A stretch of DNA of 64,000 nucleotides, from positions 51,460,001-51,524,000 of the forward strand of contig NC_043001.1 in assembly GCF_006345805.1 (NCBI RefSeq), read 5' to 3'. The position numbers and the translations under genes were made by a program. The DNA comes from Octopus sinensis (Eukaryota). Each line of letters begins with the position of its first letter. The stretch's first letter is position 1. Below are positions 23,416-35,107 of the stretch, one piece after another. The notes beneath the pieces were generated by a model that had not been told where the DNA came from, ran no database searches, and saw only the letters and a list, made by a program, of their open reading frames with translations.

Positions 23416-25903
23416 CAACAAACTTGTTCGATACTGACTGGATGGAATTGTTTGATTTATGGGACCTCCCCCAGAACTCTGTTTTGTAAAGACATAAATG
23501 ATTGTTCCTCCAATAAGAATGAGGTGTCATAGGAATTGAAGAAAAAAATGTTTAATGCTTTTCCTGAAGTGTTGTCGGATAAATTAGCTTTGTGTACTAA
23601 GGAAAACGCAATACCAGTGTTCAAACCAAAGAGAATGGTACCTTTTACTGCGATAAAATATGTCTATGACGAATCGAATTAAACAGATTAGAGAAAACTG
23701 GAGTTATCAAAAAGATGAAATATGTAAAATGGGCAGCGCCAACGGTGTGTAACAAAATCAGGGTGTGTGCCGATTGGCATGAATAAATGTCTGAAAACGT
23801 ATCACTATCCACTACCTACTTCGGAGGATATTTTTGCGAAGTTAAACGGGGGTAAGATATTTTCGAAACTGGATCTCTCTGATGCGTACCTACAAATTGG
23901 AGTACACGACGAATGCTCAAAATTCCAAGCAGTGAATACGCATAAAGAACTATATAAATATAACTGATTACCATTTGGTCTAAAGGTCGCACCTGCAATT
24001 TTTCAACAGGTTATGGATGCAATATTAGCGGACCGTGAATTCGCTTTACAGATTTTACCACGAAATGTGATATCGCTCACCCTTTAGCCTAAGAAGTGTA
24101 AATCTTTCACCTGGATGATATATTAATTAAAAGTGAACCTCGTGATCAACATGTTGAGCATATAAAATGTATTTTTGAAAAAATAAGAGATTACTGTTTC
24201 ACACTGAGTGAGTAAAAATGTGAATTTTTCTTACCTAAAATTAAGTGTTAAGGACAAATTATCGACAGGAATGGAAGACGACCGGACCCATCGAGGGCAG
24301 ACGCAATTAAAAATATTCTTCCGGCTAATATAACTACCTTACAAGCTTTTCTATGTCTAGCAAATTATTATCAAAATTATATGCCAAATATGCATGAATT
24401 GAGAACGTCATTACATAATTTGCTAAAAAAGAATGTGAAGTGGAATTGGTCAACGAATTGTCAAAAGGCGTTTGACAATATTAAAAAATATTTATTAATA
24501 CCGGATTTGTCGCTGGCTCATTTCGATCCGGCAGCGGAGATTGTTGTATCTTCTGACGCTTCTGAATACGGTATATGAGCAGTAATGCTACACAAATATA
24601 AAGACGGTAATATGTAAGCGGTGGTCCATACCTCGCGTTCTCTGATAGCGGCAGAAAAATAACTATACAGTGATCCCTCGTTTATCGCGGTAGATTGGTT
24701 CCGAGACCGGCCGCGAAAACTGAATTTCCGCGATGTAGGGACACTATATTTACACTATATATTTAACGTGTATTTGGACTTTTAAAACCCTCCCTGTACT
24801 ATTAACAACCCACCCATTACAGTATATTAATAACAAGGACAACTGTTAAGCAATAACGCTTTAGATTTAAAAAATAAGGATTGTTACTTTACTCAACACG
24901 AAAGAAGTTGAAGTAAAATTTGAATGATGATGGTGATGAATTTGCTGCACAGTAGAAATGATGATGATGAAGCTGACAGCGGTGCCCTTTCCTGGAACAC
25001 CTCTTCCACTTCTTCCGAAGGTGCAGCCGTAGTGGTAGCAGCAGGAACTGGCTCTTTTTTGCGAGGCTGCAAAAACATTGTGATGGGAAGTTGGTGCCGC
25101 TGCTTCTTTTTCCGTTCAAAGAGCATCTTGTAGGCATTCGTGACTTCGTCGACCTTGTTGCAAAATTGCACAAATCGAACCATATCGTCGTCCCATTCCT
25201 ATGACCCCACTTTCAATTCTTTAGCCAGGTTGCAGAGCTTGGCCAGCCGTTCCAAAGTCAAGCCAGTTTGGTCGACAACTTCTTCCGTTTCTTGCTGCGT
25301 TTCTTTTTCTTCTTCTTCGCTGGCCGACTTCGTCAAGTCTTCGAGGTCTGCGTCGGTTAGCGGCTGGGAGTGGCAATCTAATAACGCGTCGATGTCTCTA
25401 GGTGTTCATATATATATATTTTTAAAATCCGCGAAGTCGTGAATCCGCGATAGTTGAACCGCGAAGTAGTGTGGGATCACTGTAGTCAAATAGAGAAAGA
25501 AGTTCTAGTGATCATTTTTGCCGTGAAGAAATTTCACAGATTTTTGTACGGTAGAAGTTTTCGGCTGCAAACTGATCACCCACCATTATTATCAATTTTG
25601 GGGTCGAAGAAAGGAATTCCTACGCATACTGCAAATAGGTTACAATGCTGGGGTACGATATTGTTGAATTACGACTTTAAGGTGGAGTATATATCATCCA
25701 AGAAGATAGGCCGTGCGGATTGCATATCGAGGCTAATTCCAAAATATACGGAACTATTCGAAGATACCGTGATTGCCGCGTTGCGAGCGGAAAATGAAAT
25801 TAAAATAACATTTTGTGTAACGTCATTCGAGAGCAGCCAGTAACTGTTCAAGATATAAAATTGAAATTGGAGAATGACAAATTCATTGCGAGGATGAAAG
25901 AAA
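23416..25903 (+). pseudogene. Gypsy protease end, reverse transcriptase and RNase H remnants (inverted block)
   Basis: LFDTDWMELFDLWDLP, KWAAP, YPLPTSEDIFAKL, PFGLKVAPAIFQQVMD, YLDDILI and RNase H motifs, with many stops and frameshifts. Confidence 0.85.
24668..25482 (-). mobile_element. Tigger/pogo-type deletion derivative inserted in the Gypsy RNase H
   Basis: TA|CAGTGATCCC...GGGATCACTG|TA. Internal minus-strand translation DIDALLDCHSQPLTDADLEDL...KKKQRHQLPITMFL is a Tigger C-terminus. Removing the element restores ...AAEKNY|SQIEKE. Confidence 0.9.
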
Positions 25904-25942
25904 CGTTAAAGGTAAAGTAAAATTAAAATATACGTCGCCAAT

Positions 25943-26288
25943 TGTTGTATCGTAGATATCCTCGTCAGCACTTTTGTATCGTGGAGCTGTATGCCACTTT
26001 TATATCGTGAACTTTTAACCGTGGAATATAGGATACTACGAAACGAGGTAGACCAACTGCCTCCACTTGAGGTATTCCCAAATAATCTGTCAACAACTGT
26101 AACCAATCCAAATCAACTCTCGACGAACTATAACAACTTCTCAACAATTTTCATCGACTCTACGAACTCACGAACGGCACCTTTCGACTTCCTGCGATTT
26201 CACATCTCTCTGCTCAGTCAAACACGCTGCTACTTATACGAGTTCGGCCAGTCCATTCTCACAGAGGGTATCAGGATTCTCCCCTGCA
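25943..26288 (-). repeat. 5' LTR of the Gypsy relic
   Basis: Direct repeat of 21430-21776, followed on the minus strand by the PBS-like ATTGGCGACG. Confidence 0.85.
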
Positions 26289-27614
26289 TGCATCCATGTA
26301 TGTATGCAAGGATGGATGGATGCATGCATGTGTGTATGTATGACTGCATATATGTATGTATGTATGAATGCATGAATGTATATATGTATGGATGGATAGA
26401 TGCATGCATACATGTATGTATATTTGTATGTATGTTTAACTGCATGCATGCATGTTTTATGTATGTATGGATGGATGGATGATGCATGCATGCATGTATG
26501 TATGCATCTATGAGTGTTTGTATGTATGTATGTACGTATGCATGTATGTTTGTACTTATGTATGCATATATGTATGTGCATCTCGACAGAGATAATGCCT
26601 GTGACTAGTTCTGTGTTACATTGCTTTAATCAAGCTAAATACAATTTCCCCCTGAAAGTTACGTGAGTTAACTTCTCAGAATATCTAAATTTCTACATTT
26701 CATTAGACTTCCAGGACAAAGTCATTCTAAAAATAGACAATCACATCATCGAAATCTCAAAGTCACTAGGAATTGCATGACGAATTCAAAGCAACGTAAA
26801 TAGATAAGCCTTACATTTGACAAAGTAATCTGAATGATAAAGAGATAAACTGATTTTCTCACCAGGTGCACACATATGTGTGTGTGCCTGTGTGTCACAT
26901 ACACACATGTAAACCCCCGAATTCTAAGGTTCATTCGACTAGAGTGACCTCAGTAGATATTTCATCAATTCTGAAATGATGTAATAGCAGAGGGGATCTG
27001 AGCGTAATGTGAATTCAAAACGTAAACAGACTTAACGACATGGAACAAAATATCTTCATTTTCCTAATAACTATTTCTCGCAGTTTCAGTCCAGTTGGTG
27101 AACTTAAGGTATTACAGATAATTGTTTTCAGAAAAGATAACGTATCTATTCTCGAAGTTGAGTGTAAAGCGAAAGCGTTCGACTTCCACATCTGCTACTA
27201 TGTTTCTTAAGGTTTGGTAATTTAAAAGGCCTTCATTTCATTGTCATAATTTATAATTAAATAGAATTTAGCATAATGAGTTAATATATCATATTTCTCA
27301 GCAGTGCCTGGTTGACATTTGCATGTAGGGTTGTCACGATGAGTTTTGACGTTGACATTTGATATAAAAATGCTTCACACGTTGCTATTTCTGTCACTAT
27401 ATATCTTCAATGATGCTATGGCATTTCGTTATTCTTTGATACTCATAATGATCAAGTCACTAAGTTAAGTATTGTAAATTGCATTTGTACAAACCTATAT
27501 ATCTACACACACATATATATATGTCTGTATATACATGTGTGTGTGTGTTTATATATGTATACATATATTGTGTATATATTGTATATATACACATACATAG
27601 ATATATGTATGTAT

Positions 27615-27676
<62 letters not shown>

Positions 27677-27679
27677 AGA

Positions 27680-28523
27680 ATTAAGATATAAACTCAAATT
27701 AGGCAATCATACTGATACATTTATAAATTCGACTTAAAATGCGAATACATATATTAATACATATCGACCCATAAGAATACTTTAAACATTTTTCATAATA
27801 TATAGATATATAAATATACATAAAAATACATGTAAATAAACTCATGTGGGATATGTGTGGAAGGAAGGCAATCATACTCATACACTTATAAATTCGACTT
27901 AAAATGTGTATACATGTATTAATGCATATCGACACATATGAATATTTTAAAAAATATTCATAAAATATAAACATATAAATATACATAAAAATACATGTAA
28001 ATAAACCCATGGAAAGAAGTGTGGAAGGAAGTGTAAGAAAAATAGGACTGATAAAACGAGGAATGAAAAATTTTTTGTACTGAAATTAAGAACAGTTAAG
28101 AATTTCAATTGAAAGACCCATAGAGTTCGGTGTGTTTTTTTTAAAATATAAATTGTACATAAGGTATATAATACAGCTTGAGGAGGTTCGCTGTATTATA
28201 TACCTTATATACCATTTATATTTAAAAAAAAAACACACCGAACTCTATGGATCTTTTAATTGAAATTCTTAACCGCTGTTAATTTCAGTACAAAAAATTT
28301 TTCATTCCTCGTTTTATCAGTCCTATTTTTCTTACACTTCCTTCCACACTTCTTTCCATGGGTTTATTTACATGTATTTTTATGTATATTTATATGTTTA
28401 TATTTTATGAATATTTTTTAAAATATTCATATGTGTCGATATGCATTAATACATGTATACACATTTTAAGTCGAATTTATAAGTGTATGAGTATGATTGC
28501 CTAATTTGAGTTTATATCTTAAT
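27680..28523. repeat. Long palindrome (~310 bp arms, 12 nt loop) with a diverged tandem copy in the left arm
   Basis: 27867-28177 pairs with 28190-28501, 27701-27866 is a diverged copy of the arm start, and 27680-27704 pairs with 28499-28523. Confidence 0.9.
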
Positions 28524-28589
28524 ATTTATCTTTTGTCTCAGGTTCGAGTGGCGATTTTCTTTTCCCGTCTTCCCTTCTTTGGACTTTTT

Positions 28590-28630
28590 CTATATTTCTG
28601 AGGAAGAGCCCCGCTCGAAACGTGAAATCC
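28590..28630 (+). ncRNA. Minimal type I hammerhead-ribozyme-like motif (Penelope-associated type), cleavage triplet GUG so probably inactive
   Basis: ATTT-CTGAGGA-A-GAGC-CCC-GCTC-GAAA-CGT-G-AAAT. The CUGANGA and GAAA cores, a 4 bp stem II, a palindromic ACGU stem III and a 4 bp stem I are all present. Confidence 0.55.
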
Positions 28631-28725
28631 TCTTTCTTTTCTTTCCTTTCCTGAGCGTCCAATAACACTGTACTTATTCCACGTCCTCACGTTGTTGTTT
28701 TTTCTTGCTTGTTCATGTTTGGATT

Positions 28726-28794
<69 letters not shown>

Positions 28795-28795
28795 A

Positions 28796-30760
28796 ATTAT
28801 AATGATATTATTTGGGAGTATATCCAAACTTACAGGGAAAAATTAGATTTAGGATTAAATCAAATTTCACAGTATAGATATAAATTAAATTAGAGATAAA
28901 ACCACTATTAGGCAACTCAAACAGTGATAGACATAAACCAAAACATAAAAAACAAAAAAATAAATATAATTAATATAATATACAATATATATATAAAATA
29001 TAAAATTTAAAATTTAGATTATTAAAATTTGAAATTTTTTAATTTATATTTATAAATTTTTATATTTTTATATTTTTAAATTTTTAAATTTTTGAATTTT
29101 TAAATTTTTAAACTTAAAAATTTTTTTTAACTAACCAAAAATTAAAAAAAATTAAATATAATATAATAAGTAAAAACACTACGTACGTTTCATGGCTATA
29201 ATTCAATTCGAATTACAATTAAGTTTAAATTCAATTAAAAATTCGAATTAAAATTGTAGTCAATCTTTAGGTTAATGATAATAGTTAAATAAATAAGCAA
29301 ATAGAGTTAAACAATATTTTTAAAGAAATAAATAAAATAATAATTTTTCTTATAAAAAACTCTATTATCAAATTAGAAACTTAAAACATTAGGATTATGT
29401 CATAAAACCCATTTATTATGTTAAATATTAATTTTTAAGGTAAAAAATAGATAGAAAAATGTATTTATCTATTAAAATATAATATGGCTTTAGAAACACA
29501 ATAAACTAACGGATATCCGAATCTCAGTTATAGTCAATATCTAATTACCAAATTATTTAACATATTCACTATTCATATTTTTAAATTTAAGTTCAAATCT
29601 AATAATTATAAAATATTTAAGAATAATAACTAAATTATTATCAATAAATATAATAATTAAGATCTAAAATTTACTCTATCAATAAATATATAGACATATA
29701 ATGAAAAATAAATAAATTAATTAGTCCATTATTGCTTACGTAAATATTAAATATTAATATAATATATTAATGAAATATATTAAAAAATTAAAGATGAAAA
29801 AGCAAATTATAAACGTATAACCTATCTTAAAAGAACCGTATAACTATTTAACGATCTATATATCTCGTTGGCTAAGTAATAACTTACAAATAACGTACAG
29901 TTATAATCTAATAATGAAATACATATCTTCAACAACTAAATAATTATAGAATCAAATTAACAATCAGTAGTTATATAGTATCCAATACAATACAATATAA
30001 CATAACTTATTAAATTAACTTTAATAGAAAAGGTTTACTAAAATTATAATAAACAGATGGAAAATTCTTTTAACAATGAAAACTACGAATATATTTTATC
30101 AATGAAAATTACGAATAAATATTATCAATGAAAAATGGCTATATTTTGGCTAAATAGATAAAGAGAACAAAGTCACTATTAGAGATATCTATGAAGATAT
30201 AATATGGCTTAAAAAAACATAATAAACTCACGAATATCCTTAACTCAGTTATAGTCCAAAATTTAATTACCAAATTATTTAACTAAATAATCATTATTCA
30301 TATTTTTAGATTTAAGTTCACATCTAATAATTGTAAAATATTAAAAAAATAATAGCTAAATTATTATCAACAAATATAGTAATTAAAATCTAAAATTTAC
30401 GCTATCAATAAATATATAGACACATAATGAAAAATAAATTAATTAATTAATCCAATACTACTTACATAAATATTAAATATTAATATAATATATTTATGTG
30501 ATACATTAAAAAATCAAAGATTAAAATCAAATTATAAAATTATAAACTAGTAACCTAACTTTAAAAACTATTTAATAACTATTTACGATCTATATATCTC
30601 TTTGGCTAAGTAATATCTTACAAATAACGTACAGTTATAATCTAATAATTACATACATATCTTCAACAACTAAATAATTATAATAACAATCAGTAGTTAT
30701 ATAGTATACAATATAATACAATAAGACTTATTAAAATACTTTGAAATCTTAAATAGAAAT
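28796..30760 (+). other. Extremely AT-rich island with a 441-codon TGA-free frame, open only in a TAA/TAG=Gln code, plus an internal tandem duplication
   Basis: Frame 28806-30128 has no TGA. The ten TGA trinucleotides inside it are all out of frame (nine in one frame), and in-frame TAA/TAG are frequent. Bounded by (TA)n-rich sequence. Confidence 0.5.
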
Positions 30761-31044
30761 GTATATATATTAATATTATGTATTAATTTTAATGATACAT
30801 TATATTTTTCCTGTTTGCTTTTTAATATTTTCAATATGTTTTCAATATGTTATATTTGTACGTTCTTTGTACATTCTTCCCTGATGATATTCTGGCTTAC
30901 GCGTGCACTACTTAACCAAGTTGATTAAATTAAATTAAATTTGATTGATTTTATGCTATAAGCGATGAATTGAAGCAACTGTGGGTCTTGTTAATCTAAT
31001 AATAAGTTTATATTAATCATATTTCCATCTTCTCTCTTTGTTTT

Positions 31045-31084
<40 letters not shown>

Positions 31085-31167
31085 TAATAATATATAATAA
31101 TAATAGTAATATATATATATATAACAAAAAAAACCAGGCAACGCCGGGTACGCCTGCTAGTATATAT

Positions 31168-31207
<40 letters not shown>

Positions 31208-31975
31208 CTAGCAGGCGTACCCGGCGTTGCCTGGGTTCTTTTGTTATATATATATATATATATATATTGCCTGGGTTTCTTTTGTTAAGTATGCCTGGTC
31301 AGCGTAGTCTCCCACGAAGTAGACCTGAAGAAACTGAGGCGAGGCACCGTCATGCGGCTGCAGGAAACCAATTCTATGGTAAATCTGCCCCTGCACTATA
31401 AAGGAAGGCATAAAATGCCAATCTCGTATGATGTTAGCGCCGAAAGAAGTAATTTGGAACGCGCAGTTGAAGGCACGTATCCGCTTGAGAAAATTATGAG
31501 AATAAAGTTTGTATAAGAGGTACTGTAATCTTACCGTTGGAGCAGCACATGCTGAGAGTTTGTCCAGGCCAGTTTTTAGCTTGGCAAAATTGGCAGATTG
31601 CGGACATGTAGCCTATTTGAAAGTCAGAGTGATTACCGTAGCCAATTGCAAGATCGTAGTTGAATGCTGTCATTGACCAACGCGAGGAACATGGCCTTGA
31701 GTAGGAACGTCGTGCAACCTTTCGCTGAGTTGTAACCTCCAGTCGTTGTTGTCTTTCTCCTGTAGTCTCACGTTTTTATGCTGGCTGAAGCTAAATCCTA
31801 GGCGAATTGAGAGTAGTCTATTTATGTTGCGGGCGCGGAATTTTGAGGAAAAAATTATGAGAAAAAGCGTCCTAAGTCAAAGAGAGTGCACATCTCAAAT
31901 TTGGTGAAATTCGGTTGAAAATTATAGGAGTAGAAGTGGTTCACACAACACACACACATACAACTTGCTTTTTAG

Positions 31976-31980
<5 letters not shown>
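31208..31980 (-). mobile_element. Non-autonomous Helitron-like element
   Basis: 3' end hairpin CCCAGGCAACGCCGGG followed by CTAG|T on the minus strand at 31208-31211. The other end resembles the AAATTTGGTGAAATTCGG...CACACACATAC termini seen in such elements. Internal sequence unidentified. Confidence 0.55.
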
Positions 31981-32051
<71 letters not shown>

Positions 32052-32052
<1 letters not shown>

Positions 32053-32274
32053 GAGGGGGTGCTGAAAAGTTCCTGACTTGGGGTAACAGAAAATACAGGA
32101 GGATCAGTTAATAATGCTTTTATTCATAATTAGTATATTACCCTCTCAGATTCACACACTTATTGCAGTAGTCCTTCAGTTTTTCTAAGGCCTATAAAAG
32201 AACCCGAGAGGCTGGACTTCTATCCAGAACTTTCACGATATTCTTTTAGCCGGGACTTTTCAGCACCACCCTCA
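32052..32274. mobile_element. Mariner-derived MITE
   Basis: TIRs CGAGGGGGTGCTGAAAAGTTCCTG ... CGGGACTTTTCAGCACCACCCTCA, inserted in TA/microsatellite sequence. Confidence 0.75.
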
Positions 32275-32812
32275 TATGCTTGCATGTATGTATGTATGTA
32301 TGTATGTATGTATGTATGTATGTATGTATGTATGTATGTATGCATGCATGCATGCATGCATGTATGTATGTATGTATGTATGTATGTATGTATGTATGTA
32401 TGTATGTATGTATGTATGTATGTATGTATACACACACACGAGGGATAATTGGAATAAAGCAAATTTAGGCTATTAGGTCTTTAAGCACTCTGTGGAAATA
32501 AAACACGCTATGTAAATTCTCTAGTTGGTATTACGACAATCTGAAAATGTATATTAGCTTTGAGAAGAATAGCTTGGTAGCCAGCTGTTCTGTACTTCTG
32601 ACTAATTAATCAATCAAACGAAGGGTAAAGTCAATATGTATACTGCAATGTGCAGCAGTTACAAAGTGCTCGCCTATTCGTAACACGTGCATGTTGAGTA
32701 AGAAGTTTGCTTCCCAAGCACATGGTTTCGGGTTCAGTCCACGTGAGCAAATGTTTTATACTATAGCCTTGGGTCACCCAAAGCTTTCTGAATGGATTTC
32801 AAAGTCAGAAAC

Positions 32813-33056
32813 TGGGTTGGTACATAATTACTGAGGATTTTTTTTTCAACAAATTTCATTCAACAAAAACAATAACATTATTAAACAAAAACATTTTAAA
32901 ATGGCGGCCTGCCAAGCAAATGGGAAGCAGTAATTGAAGTAGATGGTGAATATGCTCCGGAATAATCATTTAAAGATGTTTTTGTTACATGTTGTTATTG
33001 TTTTTGTTGAATAAAATTTGTTGAAAAAAATCCGCAAAAATTATGCACTTACCCAA
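32813..33056 (+). mobile_element. Mariner deletion derivative
   Basis: TIRs TGGGTTGGTACATAATT ... AATTATGCACTTACCCAA|TA. Internal LPSKWEAVIEVDGEYAPE* is a mariner C-terminus. Confidence 0.7.
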
Positions 33057-33258
33057 TATATATATGTATATATATATATATATATGCAAATTGAGATAGG
33101 GGTTGTAAATGCAACCCTCTATGGGATAACGTATATCCAATATACTGCTAGTGAAGTACCCAACAAAGTTAATACATAAATGTTAATGATTGCGATGCAA
33201 TCAATTCATTTACTGTATTATATGGGCAAAGGTAAAATGATTTACCACAAATTACTAA

Positions 33259-33746
33259 TACAAGATAAGGAAATGGAGAAATACATCTAAATCAAATATC
33301 AATTACCAGATAATACTCAATCACATACTTTATTAAACCACCACATAAGAGACTGTAGGGTTAAATATAAAAAGCCGAACAAATCAGTGTACATAAAGGA
33401 ATGCACATAAAAAAGTGTACATAAAAGAGTAATGTTGTATAATAAGTAGAATATATATAAAAGAGAATATAAATACAAGTAAATATAAATATAAATGTAA
33501 GTATAAATTTATACTTATATTTATATTTACTTGTATCTATATTCTCTTTTATATATATTCTACTTATTATACAACATTACTCTTTTATGTACACTTTTTT
33601 ATGTACATTCCTTTATGTACACTGATTTGTTCGGCTTTTTATATTTAACCCTACAGTCTCTTATGTGGTGGCTTAATAAAGTATGTGATTGAGTATTATC
33701 TGGTAATTGATATTTGATTTAGATGTATTTCTCCATTTTCTTATCT

Positions 33747-33750
<4 letters not shown>
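33259..33750. repeat. Perfect-centre palindrome, ~245 bp arms
   Basis: Centre AAGTATAAA|TTTATACTT at ~33507/33508. The arms are ~95% identical by eye. Adjacent to Penelope GIY-YIG fragments. Confidence 0.9.
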
Positions 33751-33789
<39 letters not shown>

Positions 33790-33829
33790 TGATTGAACTG
33801 GTACTTTCTTGCATTAAACTATGCAATCT

Positions 33830-34120
33830 TCAAGTTCATGTAGTAATGGTGACAGTTATATTTTACAATTTACAACTGTAGTGAGATGAATAAACCGTGT
33901 GCCTCAAATACATTTGTATAGAGGCTCCAGAATGATAATTTATTCTGACCAATCGGTGTGTGATTTTACTAAATTACTTAAGTTGATTGGTGTTAGGTTT
34001 AGGCGTCTCGGTTTGTTGATGATGTCAAGTGACGTGTATTTTGACTCTGACCAATGTAGTAATTGTTGGGCTATTTTTAGAAATGTTGTAAGCAACATTT
34101 CCCAGTGAGTTTTACTTTTC
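33830..34120 (-). mobile_element. Penelope-like GIY-YIG endonuclease fragment
   Basis: Frameshifted minus-strand translation ...VAYNISK...NNYYIGQSQN... contains the Y.I...YIGQ(T/S) signature. Confidence 0.5.
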
Positions 34121-34158
34121 AATCATCATCATCACCATTATCATCTCCTTTATTATTG

Positions 34159-34190
<32 letters not shown>

Positions 34191-34337
34191 ACTAGTAGCT
34201 GTGGTAATAGAACTTTAAACCCCAAAATATGATTATTTTATTGACTTTCCTGCTATCGTCATCATGAGCACCTTTAGTATTGTTGTTGTTAGTGGTAATG
34301 GTCGTAGCAGCAGAAATAATACCCCTAAGCATTAGTA

Positions 34338-35107
34338 TTATTGTTTATTTAGCTTGAGTTGGAATTTATTGATAAAATTCTTTTCTCTGATTTTTATTTC
34401 AATTTCACTTGGACTGTGTAGTTTGTAGAATGGAAATATTAATATTTTCCGACCGCATGTTGCTAGATGGTTACTCAAAGGTATCTGATGGACATCTGGG
34501 TCTCCAATTTGCTGTCGGTGCACACATGAACGTTCTGATAGTGCATTTCTAGTCTGACCTACATATAGTTCTTCACAATTCGGGCATTTGATGCAGCAAA
34601 ATTGAATTTCTGCTTTTGCAGTTCACATTTGCGTTTGTGAATATTTTTCCGGTTTTTGTATTAATATATTGGCCGGTATGTATGAATTGGCATGTGCCAC
34701 CTCGGATATCATTGCATTTGGATACAGTGAATGATTGGTCTTTGTTGCTAAGGTCAAACTTTGACTTTGTTAATTTTTTTAAATAATTTTTTTCAAGCTT
34801 TTAGGCTGTCTTTTACTAAGAACCATAGCTCGATCTGTTATATCTTTTAATTCATTACTTTGAGCAATTATTGGTACGTTTGCTTTGGCAATGTTGATGA
34901 CCTTCTGGTGGCATGAGTTGTGTGTTACTATAAATGGAATGACTTTTCCTGTTTTCCTCTTCTTTGGGTTGTTCTCAGTTGTATGGGTATTTTTATTGCC
35001 CGCTGTATGCCATAAGTAGAGCTATAAGCAGAGACGGGTATTTTTGTTTGAGCAAAAATTCTCTGAGTTCTGTTAGGTGTTTGTTCCTGATATTCGCATC
35101 TTCTACA
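34338..35107 (-). mobile_element. Penelope-like element C-terminal region with GIY-YIG endonuclease
   Basis: ...KVIPFIVTHN...SKRQPKSLK...CIKCPNCEELYVGQTRNALSERSCVHRQQIGDP...HLATCG...IFPFYKL...IREKNFINKFQLKLNKQ*. Confidence 0.85.

Larger units (their letters stand above)
21430..26288 (-). mobile_element. Ty3/Gypsy LTR retrotransposon relic, gag-deleted, internally inverted and carrying nested DNA transposons
   Basis: Two direct LTRs (TG...CA on the minus strand), PBS-like TGGCGACG at 25933-25940 and PPT AAAAGGGGAGAT at ~21781-21792. Integrase fragments are on minus; RT (PLPTSEDIFAKLNGGKIFSKLDLSDAYLQ) and RNase H (DASEYG, AAEKNYSQIEKE, TDHPPL) are on plus. Confidence 0.9.

Noticed and set aside
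28796-30760. Mitochondrial insertion (NUMT) as the explanation of the AT-rich island
   Set aside because: No frame stays open under the invertebrate mitochondrial code in the parts I translated, and no mitochondrial gene, rRNA or tRNA motif was recognisable.
30875-30920. CTGATGA as a hammerhead core
   Set aside because: No stem II followed by GAAA downstream.
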